Source of the DNA: a virus
DNA: 32,123 nt
Virus record (IMG/VR): IMGVR_UViG_3300045988_082739
Reading direction: 5' to 3' (one strand)
The stretch's first letter is position 1; every line of letters starts with the position of its first letter. This document shows, piece by piece, positions 31,596-32,123 of the stretch. The translations under genes were made by a program, and so were the position numbers. The notes beneath the pieces were generated by a model, which made no database searches, was not told the DNA's origin, and saw only the letters and a list, made by a program, of their open reading frames with translations.

Positions 31596-32123
31596 ATGGC
31601 AGAACTCGTAACAATGTACCCGGCGCAGGCAAACACGCCGGAGACCACGCTCGCCGGGTCACTGACGACCACGGGGACGAGCGTTACCGTCCTCGACGGC
31701 TCCGTATTGCCGGAGGCCCCGAACTATCTCACCATCGGGGCAGACTCCGCAACGGCGGAAACGGTGCTCATGACGGCAAAGAACGGGAACGACCTCACTA
31801 TCACGCGGGGCCAAAACGGGACAGCGGCCCGCGCGTGGGGCAAGGGCGATATTATCGGTCGATACTTCACGGCGGCAGACCATGACGCGCTACGGGAAAA
31901 TATCGAGACCCTCAACACGGAAAAGCCGGATAGGGTCGCGAGCCCCGTCGACGGGAACTTTGTCGCATTCGACGGCACGACCGGCGCGCAGAAAGACAGC
32001 GGCAAGAAAGCGGCGGATTTCGCCGCCGCAAATCATACCCACACCGGGAAAGCCGATAAGGTATCCGGCGCGACCTCCGGCAACTTTGCCGGGCTCGACG
32101 GGAACGGCAACCTCACGGACAGC
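31596..32123 (+). CDS. Tail fibre protein, 5' portion (open to the window end; continues at base 3)
   Basis: ATG 31596 follows GGGAGG. There are 176 codons without a stop. The ORF is absent from the track because it has no stop inside the window. Confidence 0.8.
   Translation, partial: MAELVTMYPAQANTPETTLAGSLTTTGTSVTVLDGSVLPEAPNYLTIGADSATAETVLMTAKNGNDLTITRGQNGTAARAWGKGDIIGRYFTAADHDALRENIETLNTEKPDRVASPVDGNFVAFDGTTGAQKDSGKKAADFAAANHTHTGKADKVSGATSGNFAGLDGNGNLTDS
32056..32123. repeat. Terminal overlap identical to 1..68 (circular closure of the assembly; genome unit 32,055 bp)
   Basis: Exact 68-nt identity read directly. The same 68-mer also occurs at 124..191 because it lies inside the 123-nt tandem repeat. 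Confidence 0.8.

Overview
The window is one complete unit, about 32,055 bp, of a temperate siphovirus-like phage. The genome is GC-rich and uses AGGAGG-type ribosome-binding sites, which suggests a Clostridia/Firmicutes host. The contig is circularly closed: bases 1..68 are identical to 32056..32123, and the tail-fibre ORF that runs off the 3' end continues in frame at base 3. Almost all genes are on the + strand.

Gene order:
- tail-fibre 3' end (1..515)
- a diversity-generating retroelement (DGR): target gene with VR1, then avd, TR and reverse transcriptase (519..3774)
- small ORFs and a lysis cassette of holin-like membrane proteins and an amidase endolysin (3787..6823)
- a lysogeny/accessory region (6969..9950): a reverse-strand membrane protein, an XRE regulator, a 41-aa hydrophobic peptide, an RHH protein, an IS30-family DDE transposase and a standalone IS30-type HTH
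- an early region (9975..16416) with a SleB-like hydrolase, a second DGR target (VR2), an HUH Rep, a MazG-like protein and a sigma-like late regulator
- HNH endonuclease, TerS, TerL, portal, protease, HK97-type capsid, connector proteins, major tail protein, G/GT chaperone, a reverse-strand insert, tape measure, Dit-like proteins, Tal and the tail fibre (16612..32123)

The main finding is the DGR. It has one 120-nt template repeat and two variable repeats in two different genes. All substitutions but one fall on TR adenines. Both VRs are followed by covarying hairpins with an identical TCAAT loop.

Secondary points:
- two paralogous reverse-strand membrane-anchored HIRAN-like proteins, one of them inserted between the tail chaperone and the tape measure gene
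- an IS30-type transposase as the only recombinase in the genome
- an iteron/hairpin cluster upstream of Rep
- a heptad HTH histidine array in the Tal protein

No tRNA, rRNA or CRISPR array was seen. All protein family calls come from motif recognition by eye, not from database searches.
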